Shown: positions 12,901 through 25,404 of the stretch, in pieces | Layout: each line of letters begins with the position of its first letter | Position numbering within the stretch: position 1 is the stretch's first letter | NCBI RefSeq assembly: GCF_009914755.1 | Contig: NC_060948.1 | Reading direction: 5' to 3' (one strand) | Source: the human T2T-CHM13v2.0 reference genome, Homo sapiens | DNA length: 64,000 nt | The notes under the pieces: model-generated | Seen by the model: the letters and a program-made list of their open reading frames with translations, nothing else | What the model was told of the DNA's origin: nothing | Databases searched by the model: none | Position numbers and translations under genes: made by a program

Positions 12901-14932
12901 TACCAACTCCAACTCTGTTAAAATGAGCGGGTTGAATTGGCCATCTGGATGGCCAGTGCTGTAGAGAAATGATTGAAATGTCTGCTACTGTATCTACCAA
13001 ACCTTTAAATTTCTTTCCCTCAATAGTTATTTCACAGGTAAGATGTTTATCAGTAATTTGATTTACCCAATAAGGTGCTTTGCCTTGTTTATTTGTGCTT
13101 CCAAGTCCTCCTGTTCATTTAATTTCACATTTTCCCATTCCCATATACAGCACAATCAGGAGCTGTGCTATACACTCTCCTGGCTCTGCTTTTCAGGGAA
13201 CAGAAGTAGATATAACAATTTCAATTTCCCCATTATAATCTGAATCAATGACTCCTGTATGTATTTATACCCCTTTTAAACTTAAACAAGAGCTGCCTAG
13301 AAGTAATCCTATTGTCCCTGCTGGCAAGGGTCCACAGACTCCTGTTGGGACTTTTGTGGCAGTTCCCCAGGCAGAAGCCTCACAGCTTTTGTGCAGCATA
13401 AATCTACTGGGGCACTACCAGCTGTGGCAGTGGACAGACATTGTACAGAGGTGAGGGAAGAGCCTGAGCTAGAAATGCCCCAGTTTAGAAGAGGGCCCAG
13501 GATGGGCACCCCATGGCATTTCCTGAAATTGCGTTCCCTTCTTTATCAAACTTAGAGTGACACTGATTAGTACAATGTTGTCCTTTTATACATTTTGGAC
13601 ATATTTCATGCTCAGCAGTTATCTTTTTTCTCCTATCTGGTGGCCTGACTCCCTGATTTTTTCTACATTCTTTTTTAGTATGACCATGCTTCCCACAGTT
13701 TAAAGAAGCTCCAGGAAATGGAGTATTTCCTTTATCCACTCTCAGTCCTGCCATTGCCTGTGCCAACAAAGTAGCTTTATGCAGATTGCTTCTGATACCA
13801 TAACAGGCCTTGATATAATCAACTAAATGTGCTTTCCCTGTGATAGGTCACAGAGCAGCCTGGCAATCAGGATTAGCATTGCTGAAAGCTAATAACTGCA
13901 ACACTATATGCTGAGCAGCCAAATCTGCAGTCATCTTTTTAAGAGACTCCTGTAACAGAGCTATAAAATCAGTGTATGGGTTCTTTAGGTCCCTGTTTTA
14001 TAGCAGTAAAGGAAAGATATTGTTCTCCACATGAAGTGATTTTTTTCCCGAGCTCTAATGCACACTCCTCTAAGCTGTTCTATGTCATCATCCTGCATGA
14101 CCAGTTGTGCATCTTAACCAGCCCAGCCGCCAACCCCCAAAGTTGGTCTGCAGTTATATTAATTTAAGGTTGGGCATGGGTATTGTGAGCAGCCTGAATG
14201 GAAGCTTCATCTGCCCACCAAGTTTTAAATTGTAGGAACTAAGCAGGAGTTAGACAAGCTCGAGTAAGAGCATCTCAGTCAGTAGGAATCATCCGACTGG
14301 AAACAGCAACATTCTTTAACAGTCCCATTACAAAAGGAGAACCTGGTCCATACTGATTTATAGCTTGTTTAAATTATTTGAGTAATTTAAAAGGAAAAGG
14401 CTCAAATGTAGCTATAATATTTCCCTGTTGACCTCGGTGGTGTATTCTAACAGGGAACTTCCAAGCCTCTAAATCACCCTCCCATCTAGTTTGTTGAATT
14501 CCTGCCTGAATAGAACTAAGAGTGGTCACTCAAGGTGCTGCTTGAACAGTCATGGGGGCAAATGCTTTTTGCCCAGTGTCCTCCAGAAAAGAAAGATATG
14601 GAGGGTCTTTTTCTTCATAATAATAATGAGGGTGTGCAGAAGTATAGGGATGAACCTCTCCTTCCTTTGCCGCTTTAGCTTTAGCTGGCAAATAAACATG
14701 CTCTGTAACCTCTTCTGTTACTTCCCTATATTCTCCTTCCTCCTCATCATCAGTACGAAAAAGTTCCAAGGTGGAACGAAACACACCTCACACTTCTCCC
14801 ATTGTTACCCTGATGCTTCTGAGCTCCCCTTATTACTCACCACGGGGATTGTTTTAAGAGTACTCGGGTGTCCTCCAGCTAGTTCCACCTTCTCAAACCA
14901 TCACTCTGGTGATGCTTCAACCTGGATTCAAG

Positions 14933-14950
14933 CCCCCATGATGGACGCCA
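14933..14950 (-). promoter_or_regulatory. Primer-binding site, tRNA-Lys type
   Basis: rc tggcgtccatcatggggg(cttgaatcc) vs tRNA-Lys(CUU) PBS tggcgcccaacgtggggc(tcgaaccc), 2 nt from the LTR end. Confidence 0.8.
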
Positions 14951-14952
14951 CT

Positions 14953-15464
14953 TGCCAAGACCAGCTCAGTCAGGGAACCCCTAACCCAGTGGTGCTAGAG
15001 GAATTAAGGACACACACACAGAAATGTAGAGGTGTGAATTGGGAAATTGGGGTCTCACAGCCTTCAGAGCTGAGAGCCACAAACAAAGATTTACCCACAT
15101 ATTTATTAACAGCAAGCCAGTCATTAGCATTGTTTCTATGGATATTAAATTAACTAAAAGTCTCCCTTATGGGAAACATAGGGATGGGCAGAATTAAAGG
15201 AATAGGTTGGGCTACATAAATGCAGCAGTCGCATGTCCTTAATGCACAGATCATGCATGCTATTGTTTGTGACTTAAGAATGCCTTTAAGTGGATTTCCA
15301 TACTGGGCAGGTGAGGTATTCCTTGCCCTCATTCCTGTAAACCCACAAACTTCCAGAGTTGGCTTTATGGCCATCATGAACATGTCACAATGCTGCAGAG
15401 ATTTTGTTTGTGGCCAGTTTTGGGGCCAGTTTTTGGCCAGATTTTGGGGGGCTTGTTCCCAACA
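14953..15464 (-). mobile_element. MER9 5' LTR of HML-3
   Basis: rc begins tgttgggaacaagccccccaaaatctggcc (MER9 start). Confidence 0.95.
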
Positions 15465-17640
15465 CAATCATATACAGGTTCTTCAGTTATTTCTGGGAAA
15501 AAATTTCCTGGGTTCAAGCAAAGTCAGGTTGTTAACCAAACTACAAACTTTTCAGCAGCAAAGCTTGATATTTTAGGAAAAGATTGTCTATTATCCAAAA
15601 ACATTCTTTAGAGGATAGCAGTTCTCCTAAATTATGTGGGTGTAAACAGTAAAATTATTCCCCATCGTTAACTTTGTGGCTTCCCACAGCAGCATGTCCA
15701 ACACTGCTACTCAACTGCTTGGAGGCAGTCTGTTTATTCTTCAGGCAGCAAGTTGAGATCTTGGCTTAGGTAACTTACCAACTGCTTGTCTCGACCATGG
15801 GCCTGAGTTGAAACTCTCAAGGCCATCCATTTCTTTTCTGAAGCATAAAATTTAAATGTCAACTTTATAGGAAAACTGAAGGTACGTGCTTTCAGTAAGG
15901 CTTGTTTTAGCTGCTTAAAGGTATTTTGAGCTTCAAGTGCCCAGATTAGAAAGTTAGCCATAGCTTCTTGAGTTTATTTTATAACGTGATATAAAGGGTT
16001 ACCTAGTTTACCATAGGTCGGTATCCACAATCTGCAAAAATTGATAATGCCCCCAAATCCTCTTAATTTTAGAGATGGGGGAAAAGAAAAAGAGGAAATG
16101 GGATAAATCCTCACCTTGACTAATGCTCTAGTTTCTTCTGATAGGACCAGGCCTAAGTATTTCACTGAGGTATGACAAAGCTGAGCCTTACATTGTGATT
16201 CTTCATAACCTCTGCTTGCTAGATAATTGAGAAGCCTTCTCAGTTGGGGCACAGAGGAGAATGTCATATTGTAAAACTTTAACCTGAGGATGAGATAACT
16301 CAGAGAGGTCTCTTGATAATGTCTACTAAAACAGATGGAGGCTTTCTTAAACCCCTGTGGCAATACTTTCCGTGTTAACTGTGTATCCTGTTTGGACAGA
16401 TTCTCAAAGGAAAAGAGGTATTGGAAACCAGGGTGCAATCATAAAAATAAAAAAGGCATCCTTCAGGTCTAAAACTTTAAATCATTCAGTTCTCTTGGGA
16501 ATTTGAGTTAGCAAAGTACAAGAATTAAGAACAACCACATAGAGTGGAAAAACTGCCTCAATAGTGAGACAAGTGTTCTTAACTAGCCTCCAATCCTAAT
16601 TGAGTTTCTCTACTCCTAATATTTGCAGTTTTTTAAAGACTGATGTGGGGTCTAAGGAGGCCTTTCTCCTATAGCTTATTTATAATGTCTTCTAGCATTT
16701 TTCTACTTTATGGCTTTGGGAAATAATGCATCTGGCTAGAAAGAATAGTGGGATCCTTAAGGTAAATATTGATGCATGTAGTGGCTGTAGTTCAGTAAGT
16801 TTTTTCTTGATATCCCACACCTTTTCATTAATACTGATTTCCGCTAAGGGGAGAAAAAGATTTTGTCCAGAGCCATTAAGATGGTGGCTTCTATATGGGC
16901 CAAAATATCTCTACCTAGTTAATATTGATTTCCACTAAGGGGAGACAAAGCATTTGTCCTGGAGCCATTAAGATGATGCCTCCTGTATAGGCCAGAATAT
17001 CTCTACCTAGTAATAAAGTGAAACTTTCAGAAATGACTAAATTGGCATGAGTAAATAGAAGGTCGTTCCAACTATAACTGTGAGCTGAGAAAATATTGGG
17101 TAAAGTTCTTTGCTGACACATCAATCATTTGTCACATAATGGAAGGATAGAAGACCTACATTGGAGAGGAGAACAAAAAGACCTGCTCCAGCTTCCAGAA
17201 GGAATTCTACCTTCCTCCCTCCCACCTCAAGAATCACTCAAGGCTCCTAAGGAGTATGGCCCTTGAGGAGTATGGCAGCTCTTAGAGCTGAGGAATTGAT
17301 ATCTAGGAATTATTAATCCTGCTAGAGCATTTGTGAGACTGATCCTGGGCCTAGTGATGTATGCCTCTGGAAACAGCACTCCTTTCAGTGGTTACCACAA
17401 CAAGTTGGACAGTGTTAAGTTGGTTTCCTTTGTTGTCTCAGCATTTCTTGTTAAGTGTCCTGTCTTGCCAAACTGATAACAGTTATCAGGTGCCCTCAGG
17501 GACCCACATTTTATAGACCTGTATTGTGGTCTTTAGAGTCTCTGTTCTTTTCTTTTCTTTTCTCTTATTCTGCTATGCTTGTTTTTGTTCCCTATTGTAA
17601 GTCTGAAGTAGCCACATTCAGGGGTTCTCTAGAATGTTTC
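15465..17640 (-). mobile_element. Host ERV1 gag-end/pro/pol (RT) remnant
   Basis: ORFs LTRKVLPQGFK, KAQLCHTSVKYLGLVLSE, LRGFGGIINFCRLWIP, FKQLKQALLKA, protease C-term LLLGRDILA; LNPGNFFPE joins in frame to the 9400 side. Confidence 0.9.
16828..17010. repeat. ~91-bp tandem duplication in ERV protease/RT junction
   Basis: 16828-16918 and 16919-17010 both read ttaata.tgatttcc.ctaagggg...gagccattaagatg.tg...aatatctctacctag. Confidence 0.9.
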
Positions 17641-18509
17641 TGAGAGGAGAAAGCTAGCTTGACTTAGGGGGACAGCAAGGAATTGTTCCTGGGAAACCCC
17701 CAGCCTAGAGGTCACTGCATCATTTATACATACTACACTAAGCAGCCTGAAAAATAAATCAGATTGCAGACTTCAATAAGATAACTAACACATGGGTGTT
17801 GTACCTAGAGAGGCACCTGTGTGTTTACAGGCAGAAGAACCTTCAATCCATTCAGATAAAAATCTTTCACAAATTCTGATTCACTCAAATAACAAAACTA
17901 GGCCTGGCATAAAAATATCCTTGTCCTTTTTATAATCAGTGGGCTCTCAGGAAGCAGTTTCTTCTTCATTTGGAAACATAAACAGAGTGGGTTCTGGTTG
18001 GCACTGATTTTTTCTTTTTGGACTGTGAGCTGGGCCTCTATGAATCATTATTTTAGTTATTAATTAGGCCTGGGCCAAATTCTTGGGCCAAGCTTTAACA
18101 TCAGCTCCTGATAGGTCATGGGATAAGCTGAACATCCACTATAAATTATGACTTCAGTCCCTGATTATTTCTGTGCAAGCCTCCTGGGCTAAGCTTTTTA
18201 ATTAATCTCAGGCAAAGACCCTGGGCCAAGCTGAATCACATGTTCTTCCAAACAGCCCACTGACTAAGCACATTTCTTTGTCTTCCCACTTTATTATAAC
18301 CCTGAAACCCAGCCTCATAGTAGAAAACACAGTTGGGCCTCTCTTTTTACTAGAAGAGAGCTTTTTCTTTTACTCATCTCTTTTGTTTTAATCTCATCGT
18401 TGGTGCCATAGCTTCTTAATTTTTTTTTGGATGTAATACAAAAGTCTTTGGGTATAATATCATATGAAGGGATACTACTATATCTTGGTGCATTGGTGGG
18501 ACTACAACA
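17641..18509 (+). mobile_element. ERV1-class 5' LTR (copy C)
   Basis: tgagaggagaaagctagcttg...actacaaCA, homologous to copy B and followed by a PBS. Confidence 0.75.
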
Positions 18510-18514
18510 TATAT

Positions 18515-18532
18515 TGATGCATGGGCTGAGAA
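18515..18532 (+). promoter_or_regulatory. PBS complementary to tRNA-Gly(GCC)
   Basis: tgatgcatgggctgagaa vs tggtgcatgggccgggaa (15/18), 5 nt after the LTR end. Confidence 0.65.
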
Positions 18533-21500
18533 ACAAATAATTCATAAGAGGGTAAGAATGGATCTTTAATCTTTTACATTCATTTCAAAAACGTGTTTGT
18601 TTTTTTCAATCTAGTTTTCTTTCATGAAGAGCCTGGCTACCACATGGGATGTAAAGGAGATCCTAGGGAAACTGCAAGTTTCTCACTGAGGTTACAACTC
18701 TGTAATCTGATTGCCCTTAGACTAGTTCCAGTCCCTAACAGCTCATCAGGCTGTTAGCACAAGGACTTCCAGTTTTTGTCTATTAAATTTACCATTTTTC
18801 TTCTCACAGCTATTATGTCTTTTATCCATTTTTTTTGGTATGGAATGCTCTAGGCATTTTTACAGCCTAGGTATAAAATTTTGCTGAGTAGAGTCACTCA
18901 ATGACTAAGCAGGAATGTAATTCAGAAAGGTTTGTTTTTGTGATTTCCCTGAAACAAGGGGAATTCAAGAATTCAGTATAAACATTTACCTATTAAGGGC
19001 CTTTCTGTCCAACAATGATAGAGTTTTATGGCACTGTATGGGAGGATATTTTACCCAAAGTGAATACTCTTTTTTTAATTTAGATTTTTAAGAGATATTA
19101 TTGTTTTCCATAGAACAGTTATATCATGAGACAAGTTAAATTTTGCCTGATTGGGGGTATACACTGGAGACAACTGATCAAACCCTGAACTGTCTTTCTA
19201 ACTTTTGGCTGAAGTGAGTTTGGAGTCAGAATTATTGTTCTTTCTTTTTTCTTTTTTTTTTTTTTGGATGGAGTTTTTGCTCTTGGCATCCAGGATGCAG
19301 TGCAATGGTGGGATCTTGGCCTACTACTACAACCTCCACCTCCCAGGTACAAGTGGTTCTCCTGCCTCAGCCTTCTGAGTAGCTGTGATTAAAGGTGCCC
19401 ACCACCATGCCTGGATTTTTTTGTATTTTTAGTACAGATGGGTTTTTACCATGTTGGTCAGGCTGGTCTTAAACTTTTGTCCTCAGGTGATTCACCTGCC
19501 TTGACCTCCCAAAGTGCTGGGATTACAGTTGTGAGCCACCATGTCTGGCCAGGAGTCAGGATTTTTAACCTAGCATTTCTAGCCTTACAATACCTCCTAG
19601 TGAAGTGAGATTTCTTTTCTATTGAAAGCTTTGGCAAGTCATTGTCCAAAACTTATGGTTTCCTAATTATTTTCCCAATGATATTCCTCTAGCAGTGATT
19701 AGGCCCCATGTTCTATCTGTAAGCAGGCAGCCTCCACTTTAACTGTTGGGAGGAAGACACTGTTGAAGGGCAGATTTTAACCTCTTTGCTGTCCCCGTCT
19801 AATGAAGGACCAGCCATTCAGCTTTTGCACTCTTTTGAGGCACCTATTCTCCATTTTCTTAATTTGGGATTTAAAATGTTTGAAAGTCAATCTCTCTCAT
19901 TCTCTGAGATTCTGATGTTTCTCTGGGAACATAGTTAGGAAAAGCAAGTTAGTATGAGGACATTTTCTCCATTAAAAAGTCTTGCACAAATTCTCCTACT
20001 AAATAACGTCTCCCTAAAAACGGAGTAGATGCTTCATGCAGGTAAGCACGGCTAGTAAGCTGACTAGCTCTCCCCAAATCCTTGAGTAAAGGTTGTTGTT
20101 TCATTTATGGGAAGCATGTATGGTAGATTTTCAGACCCAGATGAGACAGGGGAAGTAGAAGAAGGGTACCGTAACATTTTCTATTTACCCTGCATCACAA
20201 CAAAAGCAGGAACAGGTCTCAAGGACACCTTGTCTCCCCTCTGTTTCTAGATGGCAACGATGCATCTGCAGAGTGCATTCCAATGATATGCATTTGGAAA
20301 CACTGGAATTCCATCAACCCTGAGACTCTGAATTAAAAAAAAAGAAGCTTAAGCCAGGTGTTGTGGCTCACACCTGTAGTCCCAACATTCTGGGAGGGCA
20401 AGGTGGGCAGATTGACTGGTCAGCATGGTAAAATCCCATCTCTGCTACAAATACAAAAATTAGATGGATGTGGTGGCAGGTGTCTTTACTCCAAGATACT
20501 CAGGAAGCTGAGCCAGGAGAATCCCTTGAACCCCAGAGGCAGATGTTGCACTGAGACAAGATTGTGCCATTGCACTAAAGCTTGGTCAACAGAATGAGAC
20601 TCTATTTCAAAATACAAATAAATGTAAATATACATATACATATACATTTAAAAAACAGCTTATATTCTGCTGACAACAAAGTGGCCATTTTACAAAGAGA
20701 AGGCCTGGCCTTCTCAAAGAAGAATAGTTTCAATACTATCTGGCAACTAAGGCTCTTTTGCCCTTCAAGAAAATTTGAATTTTGTAAGCATTGTGGAATT
20801 TACTTTGCCTTTTTATTAGCCATACAAAGCAAATGTACAATACATAATTTTCAAAAGTCAGAGAGAGAAATCTCTGGAGAACCCTCAGATGCTATTTCTA
20901 GTGCCCTATCTGCCTTCTTTATCTGGGGCTGCCAATAGCCATATAGAAACTCCTCTGATTGTGCTACCTTAAGAAACCTCCAACTTTGCTGTTGCCTGTA
21001 TAGCAAATGCCCAATGAACATGGTGGAACTAATTTAAATTTCCTTATCATTGCAGTAACATTAAACCAATAAAGCAGGACTCAGGCAAGTTCTCTGATGA
21101 CCCTGATAGACATACACAGGCTTTTCAAAATTTAAACCAAGTGTTTAATCTAATGTGCAGAAATGTTGTGAGACTTTTAGGCCAAATTTTAACTGCTGCT
21201 GCTGCTGCTGCTGAAAAACAGGCAGCATTGCAGGGAGCAAAGAATTTTGAAGATGAACAACTAGTACCCTATAGTCAGGAAAGAAACACAGTTGAAGGAA
21301 AAAAATTAGTAAAAAAGAGATGAATTACTATTTCCAATACATACAAAAACAGTGCTTTTTGAAAACCCTAATTGATGTCTGAGTGATCCCATGGATAAGT
21401 GGATAAGAAAACACTTTCTTACGTGCATATTAGCAGGCTTCCAAAGAACTAGAACAAAACCTCTTAAATAATCTAAACTACCATTGTTGAATCACAAGCC

Positions 21501-22065
21501 AGATAAAAATCTCTTAGGCTCTTTGGAAAGTCTGAGAGAAGCTTTAGTGAAACATACCTCTCTACCTCCTAAATCCATCAACAGACAGATTATGTTAAAA
21601 TACATGTTTATTTCTCAGACAGCCCCTAATATCAGAAGAAAACTACAAAAGCAGGCCATGGGATGACTCAGCACTGTGGACAGCCTCCTGGGGTGGATTT
21701 TTCAGTCTTTTACAAGAAGACCTGGAACAAGGAGTCCCAGAAAATCCAGGGGGGTCATAAGAGAATGAAAGAGGTACTACGGCTACATTACAGGCCTACA
21801 AGTTGCAGAATTACCAAGGTGCACCTGCTAATTTCTACTGGTGTGACAAGCCAGGACACTTTCAAAGGGATTGCACAGGCAGCAAGAAGAATATACTTAA
21901 CTTTGTCCAGCCTGTGGTGGAGACCAGTGAAAGTAAAAATGACCCCAGTGACATTTGTCACCAATCAAATGTGTTTTCCCCTGATTGTTCAGCAGGAATA
22001 ATGGGTCCCAGGCTCTACAGCCATTGTGATACAGAGGATCCAAGTAATTCTGGAGGTAAAGGCTA
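18533..22065 (+). mobile_element. ERV1 leader + decayed gag to protease start (Alus at ~19240-19550 minus and ~20352-20610 plus)
   Basis: FSDDP motif (ttctctgatgaccctgatagac), LTAAAAAAEKQAALQGAKNF, LESLREALVKHTSL, ISQTAPNIRRKLQK, NFYWCDKPGHFQRDC. Confidence 0.85.
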
Positions 22066-22069
22066 AATA

Positions 22070-25020
22070 ATTTTCATCTAGTTTTAATCTGTTATCAGTA
22101 CCTTAGAGTAATTAAGAAGTATGGCCCTGTTCTCTCATCAACCTTCCAGTATGCTAATTAGATTTTTTTTTTCACTCATCTACAAGATCACCAAGATGTC
22201 AATTGGGTTTTCAAGAAACGCTGTTTCCTTTCTTATTAGAAATAAACATTTTGCTATTTGTTTAACTTTTTTTTCCCCTTTCACCCTCCCTTCTTCTTGA
22301 ATTTTGGCTGGCTGTAAGAAACACACATTTCCTCTATAAAAAATTCTGCTATCTATAAAGCTGCCTGCTTTACTGTAACATTTAGGGATTGCTTTAGGAG
22401 TAATGTAGTATTTTACAAGTAAGATTGAACACTTGGGTTATGCTTTGAAATGCCTCTGTATATGAATCAGGGTCATCAGAGGACTTGCTTGTTTCCTGCT
22501 ATTTGTGTAAGGCCCTGAAATGAGAAGAAAACTTGAACTCTAGTAGCACCACATCTATCGATTATTTCCTGCAGGGGCAGCAGTGAAGTTGGAAGTTTCC
22601 TTGGTGGCACAAGAAGAAAAGCTGATGAAATGGCTGTTGGAGGGCCTGCATAAGGGTGGCAGGTAGGGCATTTAGAAGTCACATTTGAGGGTTCCTGAGG
22701 GGTTTGTCTCTGACTTTAATAAATTATTGTTTTAAACTTGCCTGATGTGACTGCCAAGAGGGCAGTCAATTTTACAATGTTTATGACGATCTGGGTTGTC
22801 TCCAAAATCAAAGTAAGCTTATACATAGAAAATTTCAAAGTGTTTTTTTTCCCATCTCAAGAAAAGATCTAGTTGTTGAACAGTATTAAAATGAACACTT
22901 CCCTCAGGAAGCCAGGCCTGCCTGTCTGGAGCTGGTAAGATAGCCATGCCCTTTTGCCAAAACAAACAAACAAAACCACTTTTTTTCAGAGTCACATGGT
23001 CAAATAAATTCCAGTGTTTCTGAATGCAACCTAGAGAAGTCCAGAATGCAGAAGGTTTGTGACCTTTCAAAATATATAGAAAGAGAAAGAATCCCACAGT
23101 CTCCTTCCTCTTTTTGAAAAACCCTGAGTGAAAAGGAAGATCTAAAGTGTGTTCATTGTTTTTTCATTTTTCTTGTCTTTTATGGATCTGGCAACTATCA
23201 TAGGTGTCCTCCATGGATACAATCATAATCTTCACCCATGGTTCCAGAGGAGCTAGTAAGAAGGAGAAGTAATGTTCACCTGCACAAGGCGTTAGCTCTC
23301 CACTAGTGATCCTTTGTTGGTCTCCTAAGCATACTCAACCCAGAAGATTCCAAAGGTAACTTGGCAACCTAAGAAAGATTATGGGTAGTTTGATTTGAGC
23401 AAGGACCTTTTGCACAGGGAGATGTTCAATACTATTTCTGTCTTTCTTTGCTGTTGCCCTAGTAAAATCTTGAAATTCTAGAAAATGAGATCGATTGACT
23501 TTGAAACATAAAATTCTCTTTTAGTTTAAATGCCACTTGCTGCTGGAAGCAGAATACATACCTCCAAAAATGTAGGGCTTGAATGGCTGGTCTTCTTAAA
23601 ATAGCCCTAAGTGGCCAAGTGCGGTGGCTCATGCCTGTAATCCCAGCACTTTGGGAGGCAGAGGTGGGCAGGTCATGAGGTCAGAAGTTCGAGATCAGCC
23701 TGACCAATATGGTGAAACCTCATCTATACAAAAATTACAAAAATTAGCTGGGCATGGTCGTGTGCACCTGTAATCACTGCTACTCAGGAGGCTGAGGCAG
23801 GAGAATCACTTGAACTCAGAAGGTGGAGATTACAATAGCCGAGATTGCATGACTGTGCTATAGCCTAGGCAACAGAATGAGACTCCATCTCAAAACAGAG
23901 AGAGAGAGAAAAGCCCGGAGCTAGAATATGTCTCTCAAAGGCAACTTTCTGCCAACTATTGAAAGTAGAGATTTTCTGTTTACAGATAGGGCATGGAGTC
24001 TTATTACTGTTAGAGAGACACAGGAGAGAGAGGAGTTGAAAACCTCAGGGTTTTGGGCAAAGTACTGACAAGTCTTCCTACAGAGAAAAATTTCATCACA
24101 CTAGGTGACATGGTAAGATCTAAAATGTTAGATGAAAACTCTGACTCCAAGATTTTTGTAGCCAAAAGTTAGAAAAAGAAGGGGAAAACTCTATAGGTTG
24201 TCCCCACAGTTCGTGTCTCTGGAGAAAAAAAGATTAATGTGTCTCATAAAGAAACTGTTTAGATTTATATGGCAATGCTGAGCTTTTTACAGAGAAATAA
24301 CCAACAAAAACAAAAACTTTCTTCTGAATGTATATCTTTCCATACAGTGCCATGAATATCTGTCACTGGGGGACAAAAAAACACTCACCAAATAAAAATT
24401 TTTAGAGTACAATTTGAGTTCTTTCTGGTTCCAAAAAAATCACAAAATAGCATCTCTTTTCATTACATTTTTAATTACTAACACACCAGCTGACATTACC
24501 CCATAAGATTATATCTCCAGGTTTCAACATTCATACAAACAGGAAATAGAATATATAATAGTCACAAAAAGAAAAAAAATGCAACAGAAATTTCTGGAAT
24601 TTTTGGTGGCAACATAATTATGGGCTGTCAGAAACTGTAGTTAGTCCCGAGGCTTTCGGGTAACACCGTGGTGTAGTCTTAACCAGAAACCTTCAGTTTT
24701 TCAAGATTTTCTTTCAGCCCCACATGATGACTAGGTCCTCCATGAAAGAAAACTGAATTGGAACAGAGGCAACATTTTTGACACCTAAGGGTAAAGGGGG
24801 ATTGCCAGAGTGTTTCCCAGCAGGCCTATCTCCTGAGCCTTGTAAGGATGGTAGCCATTTTACTGGATTTTAACTGACACTGGCCCAGTGTTTTGTGTGC
24901 TCTTGAGAAATTAAAAAAGAAAACCCTGAGGACAACAAGCCTCAGAAATGAATGTAAATAGTTTGGAGGTGCACTCCTAGTCACTTTTTAATTAATCTTT
25001 TTCCAGTTCATGCACCAAAA
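22070..25020 (-). mobile_element. ERV1 leader + gag 5' half (probable upstream part of the 17640-8640 host provirus); Alu at ~23613-23895 plus
   Basis: ORFs SLGCIQKHWNLFDHVTLKK, AWLPEGSVHFNTVQQLDLF, RVQVFFSFQGLTQI; Gly-type PBS-like rc tggtgcatgaactggaaa at ~25000-25017. Confidence 0.8.
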
Positions 25021-25021
25021 A

Positions 25022-25400
25022 CGTAGTTGCTGTCCCCCAACACACCACAGCGTATCAGTTTCTCATTCTGAGGTGTCACATATATTTTTTTTAATCTAAA
25101 GGCCAAGAAATTAAAAGCCATGAATGAAAATGATGAGATTGTAGCAAATGTTTAATAAGTTAACTTCTTGTGGAGGAAAGTGAGTTGCCCACGATAAGGA
25201 AGTGTCTGATGTTTTTTATGGAATGGGAAGAAACAGAATGTCCTAACTATTCTTGAAGAAAGCACTGCTGAACTTTTCCAGGGACTTTGACGTGGGACAA
25301 ATTAGGAGCTAAAGTAGTGACTCAGAAGTGATTCAGCTTGGCTCAGGAACTTGGCCCTGGACCATTCAAGAGCTAAAATAATAGCATGGCCTAGGACCAG
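25022..25400 (-). mobile_element. ERV1 LTR 3' part (copy D)
   Basis: Adjacent to the PBS; shares 'agcttggcc..ggacca.tca..agctaaa' repeats with copy E. Confidence 0.6.
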
Positions 25401-25404
25401 CCAA

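Larger units (their letters stand above)
9401..15464 (-). mobile_element. HERV-K(HML-3)/HERVK9 provirus with MER9 LTRs, internally deleted, 6-bp TSD CAATCA
   Basis: LTRs 9401-9909 and 14953-15464 (TG...CA); caatca at 9395-9400 and 15465-15470; gag ATG 14802, NC knuckles (ORF 13485-13769), dUTPase/protease (VDTVADISII), RT start ([18 protein letters not shown]), IN (VHVCVDTFS, TDNAPG, GQAIVER), env remnant. Confidence 0.95.

Noticed and set aside
14491-15153. 220-aa plus-strand ORF
   Set aside because: Antisense to HML-3 gag/leader/LTR, no recognisable domain; chance ORF.
21193-21212. (GCT)n poly-Ala tract
   Set aside because: Small slippage expansion in a dead ERV gag; no functional implication.
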